Origin: Carcharhinus longimanus
Lineage: Eukaryota
DNA: 64,000 nt
Reading direction: 5' to 3'
NCBI GenBank assembly: GCA_030264375.1
Contig: JASCQW010000112.1
Location: 38,643,420 to 38,707,419, forward strand
Shown one piece after another: positions 1 through 12,435 of this stretch. Position 1 is the stretch's first letter. Each line of letters opens with the position of its first letter. The position numbers and the translations under genes are program-made. The notes beneath the pieces are model-generated. The model was not told the DNA's origin. It was given only the letters and a program-made list of their open reading frames with translations, and did no database searches.

Positions 1-1199
1 GTGATCACCTGCATCTTCAATGTAGTCCAGAATGTAGTGCATCTCAACTCCCAGAAGGCATTTGATAAAATGCCACAGAATAACTTAACACACATGGTAA
101 GATACCATGGGTTGGGGATAATATATTACCTTGGATAGAGGATTGGTTAATGAACAGAAAGCAGACTGGGGAGGGCGGGTGAAAGTTTTTTTGGTTGGCA
201 AACCGGTATGCCACATTTACAGTCTGTTTTAATGACTTGGATGCAAGGGTAGAATGTACTATTATAATAGGTGTGAAAGCAAGTTGCAATGAGGAGATAA
301 ACTTAAATGGATATGGACAAGTTAGATGGGCTGGAATTTGGCAATTGGAATTTAACAGTTGGAATTTGATGTTGATAAGTGTGAAGTTATTCATTTTGGT
401 TGGAGGAATTAAAAGGCAACTTATTATCCAAATAGAAAGAAACTTAAACGCTTGGTGCAGAGGAATCTGAGTGTTCTTGTGCGTGAATTGCAGAAAACTA
501 GTATGCAGGTACACCAGGTAATAAGGAAGGTAAATGTAATTTTTGGTGTTCATTGCTAATGGAATGGAGTATAAAAGTAGGAAAGTGCTGTTGCAACTCT
601 AGGGCATGGGTGAAACTATTTGGGCTACTGTACAGAGTTTTGGTCCCCTTACTCAGCTCGTTGGGCCGAAGAGCCTGTTTCCCGTGCTGGGTTGTTCTTT
701 GTTGTTCTTTGTACTTGAGGTGGGACAAATGTGTTAGAGGTGATTCAGAGAAAGTTCACCTAGATTGATTCCAAGGATGAAGAACTTGTCTTGTGAGGAA
801 AGATTGAGCAGTTTAGGTCTATACTTGGAGTTTAGAAGAATGTGAGGAAATTTTAATTGAGGTATAGAAGATGCAAAAGAGGATTGACAGATGTGGATGG
901 GAAGTGAATGTTTTCCCTTGCTGGACATTCTAAAATGAGAGGCCATGGTTTTAGGCTAGGGATGGCAGAGTTAAAACAAGAAATGAGGAGCAATTATTTC
1001 AAACAAAGTGTCGTGAGTCTGGAATTCTCTACTCAGTGCAGTACATGTTGGAATACTTAAATTTGAGGAGATAAGCTTTTAATTAGTAGTGGGATGAAGG
1101 GCTCTGACAAGCAAGCAGGAAGGTGGAGATCAGTTCAGCCATGATCTTATTGAAGTCTTGAGGGATGATTTGCCTGCTCCTCCTAATTCTTGTGATCTT
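1..1199 (+). mobile_element. Decayed CR1 (HER1-like) LINE, RT C-terminal part and 3' UTR
   Basis: AFDKxP-like codons (gcatttgataaaatgcca), typical CR1 3' coding motifs, many stops and indels. Confidence 0.85.
654..711 (+). mobile_element. 5'-truncated CR1 3' end nested in an older CR1
   Basis: gggccgaagagcctgtttcccgtgctg plus (gttcttt)n tail, flanked by TACT repeats. Same sequence at 55724-55781. Confidence 0.75.
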
Positions 1200-1645
1200 G
1201 GGTGGGATTCTCCCCCAAAATGATTGAGTACCAAATTTGCATAAAAACAGTTTTTTCAGTGGGATTTTCAAAAGGAGCCTCCCAAATTCTGTGCATGTAT
1301 GATGCTGAAAATCAGTGGGTGGATTGTATTCCTGCTGAAGAGACCGGCAGCATAGTGCTGAATGGGCACTGCCCATGTGCTGATCTGCCTACCTTCCGAT
1401 TGCTGACCAACCCCGATCATTGTTGTAAACCCCGCTGGGGTGAAACGTTCCTGGGAGGGTCGACGGGATGGGGAAGAGATGCTAGTGGACCCAGAGACTT
1501 CAGCCCCGGGCTTGCTAACATTTAAAATAAGCGTTAACGTAATTAATTCAGCCTTGAGCCGGTTTCTTGCACAGAGCTGACGACACTGGAAATCCAGTGT
1601 CCGGAGACGTTAGAGCAGCACAGTGTGCTGCGAGAATAGCCCCCC
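1200..1645. mobile_element. GC-rich MITE-like element
   Basis: Imperfect terminal inverted repeats gggtgggattctc ... gagaatagcccc, CpG-rich interior. Confidence 0.55.
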
Positions 1646-1937
1646 TGATGTTACTATTTAGTACTTGGGAAGAATTGCCTGGACTAAAGGAAATTGTTAT
1701 TGGGGGGATGATTTAAAAAAAGCTAATTTTTCTGTAATGTTTCATGCATTCTGCAGAATGGTCTGAGTATGTTTGGGGAAAAACAATGCAAGTTTTTAGC
1801 CTCTGACAATTGTTTTGTGCTTCAGAGTCATCTATTCCTTATCTTTGGGCATTANNNNNNNNNNAAATATTTTGCTCAAGTTGGGAGTGGGGGGGGAGGG
1901 TTGGAGAGAAGAAGAAAGTAACGTACTGCAGATGTAT

Positions 1938-2079
1938 CTGAAACCAAAAGAGAAAATGCTGGAAAATCTCAGCAGGTCTGGCAAAGGATCATCTGGATTC
2001 GAAACATCATCTCTTTTCTCTCCTTACAGATGCTGCCAGACCTGCTGAGATTTCCCAGCATTTTCTCTTTTGGTTTCAG
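1938..2079. mobile_element. Penelope-type inverted-repeat element
   Basis: 46-bp inverted arms (1938-1983 / 2034-2079) with one mismatch. Contains the gatgctgccagacctgctgag motif. Confidence 0.7.
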
Positions 2080-2394
2080 TGTGGGAGTCCTCCCCAGAGG
2101 AACACAATCCCCCCCCCCCCTTCCCTGGTTTCTTCCTACATGTGCAGAAATCACTAAATAATGATCAAGAGCATAAACTGTAGTTTGGAGACTTTGCCAA
2201 AATTGATCTGTACTGATGCCTTAGATAATGCTATCTCTAATCCTCATCCTGCATTTAGTCACTCAAAGCAAAATGTTTTTCTTTTGCTGAATGGATCATT
2301 GCACCTATAAATGTCCTCAACTTCTTTCTTAATATGAAGAATATTATTGTAGAATCCAATTTTGAGATATTTGATTTTGTTTTTTTTTGAATAG

Positions 2395-2432
2395 GCGGAT
2401 TCTGTATCCATGGTGACTGAACTCCAGGAAGC
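2395..2432 (+). CDS. KTN1: Kinectin 1 coding exon (38 nt, ADSVSMVTELQEA)
   Basis: Poly-T tract, then aatag|GCG...GC|gtaagt. Phase 0-2, joins the next exon in frame. Confidence 0.85.
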
Positions 2433-2509
2433 GTAAGTCTTATGTTAAAATAATTTAAGAAAGCCTTTTAAAAATACATGGTTACTTACAGTAAATTCTA
2501 CTCCTGCAG

Positions 2510-2600
2510 TCTTGTTGAGAAGGATAGAGAGATCAATAAAGTTGAAGACCAGTTGGAAAAGGAGCTGCTTAAGTTAGAAAAGAATGAACAAAGATTTCAG
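2510..2600 (+). CDS. KTN1: Kinectin 1 coding exon (91 nt, LVEKDREINKVEDQLEKELLKLEKNEQRFQ)
   Basis: ctgcag|T...CAG|gtattt. Coiled-coil sequence resembling the human IHEKDGKIKSVEELLEAELLK segment. Confidence 0.9.
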
Positions 2601-2764
2601 GTATTTGAATTTTTCTCATTGATTTACCTATGTCGTGTTGCATTATTTTTAAATGTGCAGTGCTGTATGGCTTAAAGTGTTGTGCTATTTAGTAGGTCAT
2701 TTGTCTTGCTATGGTTCATTACTGCCATTGGTATAATGCTATCTGTTTTTCTCATTATGTAAAG

Positions 2765-2833
2765 AATTTACAAGAAGATCATGACTTGCTTAAGAAACAA
2801 GTAGAAAATGCCCAGCTTCAAACAGCAGAGCAG
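2765..2833 (+). CDS. KTN1: Kinectin 1 coding exon (69 nt, NLQEDHDLLKKQVENAQLQTAEQ)
   Basis: gtaaag|AAT...CAG|gtaatt. Open frame, phase 0-0. Confidence 0.88.
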
Positions 2834-4551
2834 GTAATTAATCTATTATAAAAAAAAAATTAGTTTTTGGTCTTGATGTTTAGCCAAGTTTTTGGGAGGC
2901 TTTATAATGCGGCTAGAAGATCAGTGTGTCTCTGCTTGTGACTGTCCCCTCCCTGTTTTGCCATCAGCAGTGAATTCTTACTCATCAAACCCCTATGTTT
3001 TGTAATTCTCTGAGCACTTTCAGCAGGCTACATCACTCCCCATTATCAAAAATTGCCTTGAAGTTTTTCTTTGACTATCAGTCACTTTGATTTACTATGG
3101 TGTCCTATAATTTCTGTGTGCATTTCACAGCCTTGTGAAGAGCCTTGGGGATGTTTGAAATTTTAGAATTTCATACCAGTTTAGGTTTCTATTACTAGGT
3201 CAGTATCCAATGGGATGAAATATCTGTTTAAATTCTTCTCTTTGAAGATACTGACAAAGGAGATGAGACGTTTACTTGTTCTTTCACAGTAATACCCAGG
3301 AAACTGCGTTTTCTACATGGGCGTCACTATAAGGGAGAATGATTGCTGGTCCATTTAATGAAGTTTGTATATTTGGAATTGACATTGTCAATTTTCTTTA
3401 ATGCCATCTGTATTATTCTAGTTTTATTATTAACTTCTGGGCTCTGCTCTAGAATTTACTTTGCTTAGTTTCAGAAAGTGGTTCTTGATGCAGCATTTTT
3501 CTGTTAACATTAGGGATTGCATGCAAGTTAAATTGGCATGAGCTAGAAATACTGGCCCAGAATGTGGGAAAATAAGTTTATACATTTGGCCAGCAACTTC
3601 TAGATTAGAGAAGATTCACATGTCATGGAGTTCTTCCTTGCTAAAAACTGCAGGCTGATGTGTGCCTCCCGCTCCCGCTCCCCCCACACACAACTGCTTT
3701 TGCAGAGACAGCATCATACCCTTTACCTCTTCCTGATTTTCATAGTTAACTACATTTGTATATTAACATTAGTGCAATTGGGTCAGATAACTAACAAATA
3801 TACATTTACTGATACAAATTTTTGCCATCAACCTTTTTTAAAAAGTGATAAAATATGAAGTTTGATTCTTGGCAGAAAGTGAATTCTTTGACTTTAACAA
3901 TGTCAAGTTCTAAATGTACATCGCGCTCTCGCAATATAAATCTTTTTTGGTACCTGGTTTGATATTGAATTCATTTTAATTCCCTGCATCCCAGACCTCC
4001 TGTTTGTTTCACATAGGTACTAGTTTGTCCCAGTGTTCGCCAACGTCTCCAATTCCTATCGCCCTCATTGTCACTTTCTGCAACTTTGAGCACAAATGTA
4101 TTTGAAACCTACACATGAAAACATTTTAATGGGACCTACTCCAATAAAGTTACTGTATTACATTCTTTAAAATGGGCAATAGCATCAGCTATTTCTGAAT
4201 GTGTTTTAAGACTAAAGGCTCGTTCATTTTGTATTTGTTTATGAACTTAGAAATCTGAGATCTGTTTTATCTATGTTGCATTAAAATAAGGATAGCAAAT
4301 GTTTAAATGGTTTGTGATATGGTATTGCATGTCATGCAGATTAATACTGTTTTAATTTCTTGCTGGAAACTTTGAAGGTCAGATGAATGTATTTTGATTA
4401 TTGAACATTGCTCCTTTTTTTAAACAGTACATTGTAATAATAAAATGTCATTTTAGTTTATAAAAACATTGAGAATTATTTTTTGACCTAGGAAGATTCT
4501 CCATACTAGTGAAATTTGAATTTGTATTTTGTGAATTTTTTGCATCTTTAG

Positions 4552-4592
4552 GTTTCCACTAAAACAAATCTGATAAAGGAATCTCAAATTAT
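4552..4592 (+). CDS. KTN1: Kinectin 1 coding exon (41 nt, VSTKTNLIKESQII)
   Basis: ctttag|GTT...AT|gtaagt. Supplies the phase 0-2 link required by the next exon. Confidence 0.82.
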
Positions 4593-4664
4593 GTAAGTAT
4601 GCTTCAAAATTGTTAATTTTTAGAAAGTAATGTACAAGTTCCCTGACCTTGATTTTATTTGCAG

Positions 4665-4755
4665 AATTGAAAGTAAGGAGCAAGAAATTAATAACTTGAA
4701 GGCTACACTAACAAATAGCAGAGAAGAAGTTGCTACCTATGTTACAAAATTGCAG
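4665..4755 (+). CDS. KTN1: Kinectin 1 coding exon (91 nt, IESKEQEINNLKATLTNSREEVATYVTKLQ)
   Basis: tttgcag|A...CAG|gtaatt. Same size and phase as 2510-2600. Confidence 0.88.
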
Positions 4756-4856
4756 GTAATTTAAGTACTGTTCAATGTGACTGCATCTCATCTTATACAA
4801 ACTTGTAAGGTTATATATCTCAGACTAAAGTTTCCTTCACTTTTTTATGAAAAAAG

Positions 4857-4925
4857 GATCTTCAGCATGAAAATGCAGGACTGAAAATTCAAATTCAACA
4901 GTTGCACGATAAAACCAATGAACAG
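4857..4925 (+). CDS. KTN1: Kinectin 1 coding exon (69 nt, DLQHENAGLKIQIQQLHDKTNEQ)
   Basis: aaaaag|GAT...CAG|gtaagg. DLQxEN motif as in the kinectin repeats. Confidence 0.88.
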
Positions 4926-5429
4926 GTAAGGTTTTAGACAAGGTGATGGTAAGCTTTGTGTCTTCCTTGTGGATATTATATTTTTATGAAGTGTTTGAAG
5001 TTCAAGGTTCTCAATACTATGAGATTTTCATTTTCCTATTGGCTGTAATCACTGATCAAAATGATTAAACTATTGAAAGGACGAGATCTTTTAATGCTAT
5101 GGTATCCCAATGCCCGAGGAAGAATGTTTTTCCCTTTCTGGGATACTCCACTCTGCGTGTACGTGCCCAAAATTGACACGCTGATTCAACTTGTACCTGG
5201 GCTGATGACCCCAGAGTGCGAATACATCAGCCCATAAGTTCCTGGCTCCCCAAATTTGGGAGAATCCCTCTGGGAAGTTCCAAGCTAAGGGTTCATGTGG
5301 CAATTGTCGAAGTGCTAACTTTACCTTGACAGTTGTACTCCACCGGGAATCATTCGATAATGCGATTTTAAACCGTTAACTTCAGATGGTTTTGCCAGTG
5401 TGATGCTAATAGTTGTTCGGAAATGTTTA

Positions 5430-5690
5430 TAGAGTCGTGGATGTTTACAGCATGGAAACAGGCCCTTCGGCCCAACTTGTCCATTCCACCCAGTTTTTGC
5501 TAAGGTATTCCCAATTTCCTCCATTTGGCCCATATCCCTCACCTGTATCCATCTTACCCATACGATTATCTAAATACTTTTTAAAAGACAAAGTTGTACC
5601 CACCTCTACTTACTACTGCCTCTCGCAATTTGTTCCAGACACTCGCCGCCCTCTGAGTGAAAAAATTGCCCCTTTGGACCCTTCTGTAAA
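5430..5690 (-). mobile_element. CR1 LINE 3' fragment
   Basis: Minus strand encodes RGNFFTQR...WNKL followed by a CR1 tail (gggccgaagggcctgtttc). Confidence 0.8.
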
Positions 5691-6278
5691 GAAAAGGATC
5701 CTCTTTGTCAAAAGAAACAAAATCATTTCTACCTTCAGCACAACTACTTTGAAGACCCTGACCCCTTCTCGCAACCTGCATGGAATCTCCACCCACTCCT
5801 CCCCAAATCCCATCCGTTTATCTTGGACAATTACCTTTTCCCGGCTTGTTATTTTCAATGGGACCTTTTAAACTTACCTGCTTTATGACAGCTAGTGCTA
5901 TAATAAAAGGACATGTCCTCTGATACTTTTAGACTCTGACACTGAGCCCAGGGACCCACTATGCTGCTTGGATGTTGTCCAGATAGAACAGTCATGGGTG
6001 AAATTTTATACAATTTCAGTGGGCAACCTGATGGTTTGTCACTCTGCAGAAGTTATGGTCCTGTAAGGTCCAGGTGATAAAATTGTACAGTGACTAAACT
6101 TGTTTTACATGAATGCAATTTAAAGATATTGTTCATTAAAGCATGAACATCAAGTTACATTGCTTTTATCAAATATTTGTTCTGATATGACAGTTATGGA
6201 CTCATTGTGACAGTATGTTGTACTTTGTACTATAACTTCAGGTTTCAATTTTAAATCCCTTTTATTGCCTTCAAACAG

Positions 6279-6316
6279 GACTCTGCACTGTGCAAGAGTG
6301 AAGTACTGCTGAATGT
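6279..6316 (+). CDS. KTN1: Kinectin 1 coding exon (38 nt, DSALCKSEVLLNV)
   Basis: aaacag|GAC...GT|gtaagt. The only good 3n+2 exon I found that bridges 4925 to 7124. Confidence 0.8.
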
Positions 6317-6504
6317 GTAAGTGAACCATTAAACTCTTTCTTTCCTGTTTCATCAACTTTTATTTTCCATAAAGATAACTGCACAATTTGGCTGCATTTT
6401 GATCAGGCAAAAGCACAACATTGCAGATGTTGGAAATCTGAAGTTCAGTACAACACTGGAAAAACTTACTGGGTTTGGCAACATCTGTGGTGATTCAAAT
6501 AGGT

Positions 6505-6718
6505 AGGCTCTCTACTCAGAGGGTAGTAAGAGCGTGGAATGCCCTGCCTGCAGCAGTTGTGGACTTGCCAACTTTAAGGGCGTTCAAATTGTCAGTGGAT
6601 AGGCATATGGATAACATTTGGAATGGTTTAGGTTAGAGGGCCATTAGATTTGTTCCACTGGTCAGTGCAACATTGAGGGCCGTAGGGCCTGTACTGCGCT
6701 GTTATGTTCTATGTTCTA
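6505..6718 (+). mobile_element. CR1 3' end inserted in a Penelope-type remnant (~6410-6800)
   Basis: actcagagggtagta...tggaatgccctgcc with a (gttctat)n tail. Flanked by gcagatgttggaaatctga and ttgctgccagacc remnants. Confidence 0.75.
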
Positions 6719-7123
6719 GAACACAAGGCTTCTTTACTGTTTTTCTCCCTACGGTTGCTGCCAGACCATGAATTTTTCCAGTACTTCCCATTTTTACCTT
6801 TTTTCTTTACACCTGGTTTGTTTGTTTCCCATGCAAGTGCAAAATTATTAATAGATGCCTGAAAATTTTGTTTTAATTACATAATGCACAGCTTGATTAC
6901 ACAAATATGTTGTGCTGTTAGGTGCCTAGTCCTGAGAGTTGATGTAAAGAATATACTTGTATAAGGAGCACTTGTTTCAGTACTTAATCAGTTAATTAAA
7001 TGAGTTGATGGGACTACATTGCAGTGAAATTATAAAAGCAATACTTAACAGTACTGAATATGAACAAATATTTGGAGAAGGGTCAACATTCTTTGCCAGC
7101 GTTTTAATTGTAATTACTTTTAG

Positions 7124-7214
7124 ACTTTCAGAGAAAGACCAGGAGATTGATTCTTTGCATCAAGAAACTGAGTCACTAAAGGCAGCTGTTAATCAGCAAA
7201 GAAAGAAAAACAAT
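7124..7214 (+). CDS. KTN1: Kinectin 1 coding exon (91 nt, LSEKDQEIDSLHQETESLKAAVNQQRKKNN)
   Basis: ttttag|A...AAT|gtgagt. QRKKNN motif of the kinectin/RRBP1 family. Confidence 0.93.
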
Positions 7215-7959
7215 GTGAGTGTAACTGTAAATAATCTGTGACCATTGCTGGTAATACAGGTCTTGAATATTCCTGACTTGGGAGCTGTTGTTTTTGCCTT
7301 CTGAAAGCATGAATTTTAAAACGTGACACAATTTGATTCTGTGAATTTCAGGAATTGGCATTATTGCTCGTTGACAGAGGAGTAATACCTGTGGGGTTTT
7401 TTTTTCTCGTGACTCTTGGGTTAGGGTAAAAGTGCCAGCAATACTATAAAGAATAGCATAGTATCTGGAAATAGCTGAGCAGGGAGTGTGAAGCCTGGTT
7501 TTCACTGCTTTTACATTGTAAAAGGGAAGGAGATGAATTGCAAATTTGAAGATTTGCTGAAGATGCTGTCATGCATCTAAGCCATTTAGTTGGACTATTT
7601 GCATCTGGAAGGCAAATATCATGGTCGATGATGTTGCCATGCCACCACTTATTAGCATTGACAGTGTGGCACTGGAGGTTTTGATAGCTTCACATCTCTC
7701 TCTAAGCTCCATAACTGCCAGCATCCTGTCACTTGCTGTTGAGATCAAGTGAAAACTGCAGCTGTTATGCTCAAACTGTGTAAGAGTCGAATAGCAGCAA
7801 CCTGATTGCTGCTATTCTCGGCAATGTATGCTAGGCAAGAGAAAAGGGAAAGCATTTCCACCTTTGCTGTTGCCAGCGTGTCCTGCCAGGCGATGCAAGG
7901 TCACTAACTCAAGTCCTGGAGTGTGCTAATTCCATCAGAATACTTAAGATAATGAAATC

Positions 7960-8350
7960 TACTCATGTTCATCGGATGGATAATAGCCTGTATGGTGAGT
8001 ATCTTGAGTGATGACCTTGTTGGGCATCCAGGCATTCATTAAGGATATCTCTAAGTGAGATATGAAGATGGTGGACATTGATATTGAGAACTTGGGAAAT
8101 GGTTGCTCGCAGCCATGACCTCTGGAGGCTGTGATTGTTTGGAAGCGCATTGGAAAAGGTGAGCAGAAAGTCCAAGCTCATTTAGCTGAAAAGTGGTTGG
8201 TGAATCTTCTCCTTGCATTGTCTTCCTCTGCAGAGACTCCCAGACCAGAGTGGGGTACCCGAGTTGTTTACAATCCAATCTACCCTTTCTCACTTTCAAC
8301 CTTGGCATACAGGCATCTGTACCAATCATTACGATGGACTCTAGAATAAA
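7960..8350 (+). mobile_element. RTE-clade LINE 3' fragment
   Basis: Decayed HVHRM..LYGE..KDxxKxDMK..ID..W..WR motif typical of the RTE ORF end. Confidence 0.65.
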
Positions 8351-8559
8351 TAACTAAACAGTGCAGGCCTTACTGGGAATTATAGCTGCATGCTGTTCTC
8401 TTTAAGCACGTGCCAATGATCATCACTTGTAACAAATAGAGCTATAGAAGCCAGTAAAGCAAGCAAACAGTGTGAGTTAGAAAATTGGAATTTGAGTGGT
8501 CGTGTTTCCAGTTTCTCTTGTCTGACTGTTCTTGAATATAAAATCCCAAAGTGCATTTA

Positions 8560-11540
8560 AAATAAAACCAGTTAACACCAAGCCACATGAGCTGAAAGCA
8601 GGGTAGGTGACTAGAAGCTTGGTCACGGGTGGGTTTTAAGTTTTTAAAGGAGAATCATGAAGTGGAGATGTTTTGGAAGGGAATCTAGAGCTTTAGGGCT
8701 AGGTGAATTAATTAAAATCGTGAATGCTCAAGAGGCTATAATTAGATGAGTGCTAGTTTCTTGGGATAGTGGAATTGGAGGAGATTCCAGAGATGGGGAA
8801 GGGGGAAAACCATGGATTTGAAAATGAGATGAAAAGTTATCAATCAAGACTTTGCTTACAGTATAAGTCACTGAATATAGGGATGATAAGGGACTGGACC
8901 TGGTGCGAGTTAAGGGACAAGCATAAGTTTTTAGATCACCAGCTTTGAGGGTAAAAGGCAGAAGATGAGTTTGGAGTCTACAGGACATGTATCAGGGTTT
9001 CAGCAGCAGACCAGACTGACAGTCCCAGGTGCTGGGTTAAGGGTCATATTGAGTAGGGGAAAAATGAAGAAAAGATCAGTCATTGGGGTCAGTACGGAAG
9101 CTAATATTGTTAAAGACTTGAAGTCCTTAATGAGTTTGAGATGAGGAAAATTCTTGGAGCAAGAATGGGAAGATAAGATGATTAGACGCATTAGTGCATG
9201 ATTAAAGGTGCTAAGTAAGAATGAAGGACTTCACTTTGTGACTGCAGTTCTTGGACCAGCAACTTCTGCAAGGATGGTCTACATCTGAATAAGGAGGTTG
9301 GGACAAAACTTGTTAGTGATGAGGTTCTGCAACTAGGAAGGAAGGGGCTGATGGAGGAAATGGAGCCAATCTGTATCACTAAGGGATTATTAGAAAAAGG
9401 TGATTGCACAGAAAAATATAGCATGAGATGAAATAGTGGAGCAAAGTCAAATGACTTGGGTTATTAATGGGAAAAAGACTGATAATGGCAGAGGATAACT
9501 TAAGATGAAAGACAATCAAATGGAGAAAAACTACCCTATAAAATTAAGAAAAACAATGCAATAGTTTGTGTGCAGAATATATCACAAACTAGAAAAATCT
9601 TGAACATGAACAGAAACTTTACTGCAAGCTGGTCAAGATTAGAAAATAAGTATATCCTGTGTGGAACTAGGTGTGGGCAGCAGTATTGATGAGAGAATTT
9701 GTGGAGCAGAGGTGGTAGAAGAGGAAAGGCCACAAAAGGTGAATATGGATGGAACATAAGAATTTAAAATGACTTGATACATTAACAAGTCTGACTGACC
9801 TCTCAATTTCTGCAAGGAGATAGATACAAATCTATAGTAAAAATGTGTTTTGGGAAGTTTTAACTATCCACATTGGGACAGAGGGGGAGTGAATAAAGAC
9901 AAGCGATTTAGGACCCATATTCGAATCATAAACCTAGAGCAATGGAGTTGTTGAAGCTAGATATGAGAAATTAAATAGAGCAGTTAAATATGGGTGTATT
10001 GGCCCCAAGTTTATTGGATTTAAAATCCAAATTCTGTAGAACCCATGGTTTAACTTGAGGTAATTAGGGGATACAAAAATGAGTCTAAGAATTGAGGGCC
10101 TCTTGTGTGGTGCGAAGCTATGGGATTGATATTTGGTGCCATTTTTGTTCAATGTGTGTATCTGTACTTTGAATAGAGACTGACAAAATGCTTGTGAAGT
10201 TTGCAAATGTTTTCAAATTAGGAGATATGATTGATTCTTTAGAAAACCGAAGGATATTGATGAGAAACAAGAATGGGTTAGAAAATGGCGGGTGGAATTC
10301 ATTGTTACCATTGAGATGATAGTGATCTCTTTTAGGAGCTGCAGTAATCTCGTACCTAATTTGAAGTGGATGCAATGTAGCGGAACAGTTAAAAGATTTG
10401 AAATACAAGTTTATTACGAGGGCAAACAATGCAGAAGTAGGGTGCTAATGCTCAGTTATACAGGAGACTTGAGGCCACATCTGGAGTACAGAGTGCAGTA
10501 TTGGTCTCCTTGTAAGGAAGGATGTAAATGCATTAAAAGCAGTTCAGAGAAGGTTTTTAAACTAATACCAGGAGTGGTCAGGTTGTATTGAGGAAAGATT
10601 GGACAGGGTCGGCTTGTATCCACTGGAGTTTGGAGGAGTAAGAGCAGCTTGATTGAAACATATAATTTCCATGTCTTGATAAGTTAGACATGGAGGCTGT
10701 GTTTCCTCTTGTGGGAGAATCTGGAAATAGGGGGCGGTCAAAGTTTGAAAATAAGAGGTTGCCAATTTAAGACAGATGTGGTGCAGCTTTTTGAGGATAG
10801 TGAATCTTTGGAATCCCCTTCATCAGGAATCAGTGTCCTTGAATATTTTCAAGGCAGAAGTAGATTCTTGGTAAGCAGATTGGATGGGTGGGAGATTGCA
10901 GTCAGATCAGTCAAGATCTCATTGAATGGTGGAGCAGGCTGAAAGGACCAAATGTTCTGCTCCTAACTTGTATGTTCCCAGCATATTAATGACAATGTCT
11001 TAAGTTGGTAAGGCTTTAACACAAAAAAACTAATGAGATCATGAGCTATGGAGTACAAAAACCAAGATGTAATGAACTTAAAATGCTTTGGACCTTAATT
11101 GGTGCACAATGTGCAGTATTGGCACCAAACTGTAGAAAGAATATTGATTTTACTGAGGGTGCAGTATGTTCCCTAAGATGGGTTCCAGTGTGGAAAAACA
11201 AAAAAATGAATTAGACTTAAGTTGGAACTGTTTACTAGAAAAACCCATCAGTATGAAGGTAGCATTTATAATTGAAGAGATGAAACTGGCAGAGTGAAGC
11301 AGACTGCCTCCAACAGTTCTGTGGTCCAGAAGAAATGTAGATAAAAGACTAAATGCAAGACATGCAGCTGAGGAAGGAAGGAAGGAACCCATTTCCTGAG
11401 TTATTTATTGAGGCATGAACTATTAACATTCAAGGATAAATAGATGACTGACCGTGGATAATTGGTAGAGAACAAAGCAGTTAAATATATGACCAATTGA
11501 GGGTAAGTGCCGATATGGATGGTTTGGCCATATGTTCAAG
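8560..11540 (+). mobile_element. Cluster of old CR1/L2-like LINE fragments
   Basis: LRPHLEYRVQYWSP CR1 motif near 10470, CR1 3' UTR near 10900, decayed purine-rich LINE sequence elsewhere. Confidence 0.65.
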
Positions 11541-12435
11541 TTTCATCCTGTAATTTCTATTTATATGTATGATGCCATGTGTAATTAATTTGTGTAGACC
11601 AAGAATACTACCTGTTCAATTTCTGGGTTTATTGATTTTAACCAGGACAGTCATAGGGCAACTACAATTGGCAGTGGCATCCTGGATTTGGAAGGGAAAT
11701 TTCAATTCTGAACATTATCCATGTACTCCTGCCACAGGATCTGGCCCAGCAAGGTTGACTGCCCTCCCAACGCGGTTTACACATAATTATTGGCCACTTT
11801 GGAGAGATAATGAAGAGCAGATTGTCTTCTCATGAAGGCTCCACTCTTTCAGAAGAATGGGGAAAAAGTTGAAGTGGTTTGTTTTCTTGATTGCCATAAT
11901 CTTGTTTGCATTTAACAGTTTCTAAAAATTCCAGCAGCATTTGGATGACCTTTAATCACAGAAAAAGTCCTTGCCCACCTTTTTCAGCCAACCCCCTAGT
12001 TATGCATTCCGTCACGGGCCTACTGTGTAACCCTTTGGTACTTTTTCCCATCTTGCTGTACTATTCTGTTGTCTTTCTTGAAATAAATCTGTAATGCTGG
12101 AAATGTAGAAGTTAGCTGGCTTCTGAAAGGGAAAGGTGGCTGAAATGTTAACGTGTCTTTTTCTAGCATTTTTGCAGTTTTTGTCTTTCTATTCTGTTCT
12201 GTATTGCCTTGGATTTAGCTAACATTGGTGTAAAACTTTGAAAATCTGTTTCCCTCATTTTTAACAATTTTTTCCCCAGCTTTGTCTTTCTGACGAATGG
12301 TGCAAAGTACTTCATGTGCATTTAGAATTTTTTTACATTTAAAATTCACAATTGTTAATCCCCAGTTTTTTTAAGTCTTAATCATTTACAAAATTTCGTG
12401 GCTGAACTGAAATAGTTCTTTCTAAAAATAATTAG

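Noticed and set aside
44-1525. Longer ORFs in the track (169, 107 and 97 aa)
   Set aside because: They lie within decayed CR1/MITE sequence, are mostly antisense or off-frame, and have no splice support.
6922-6960. Possible small exon ttag|gtgcctagtcctgag
   Set aside because: In-frame TGA after 6 codons and no good donor. Exon 6279-6316 fills the required slot.
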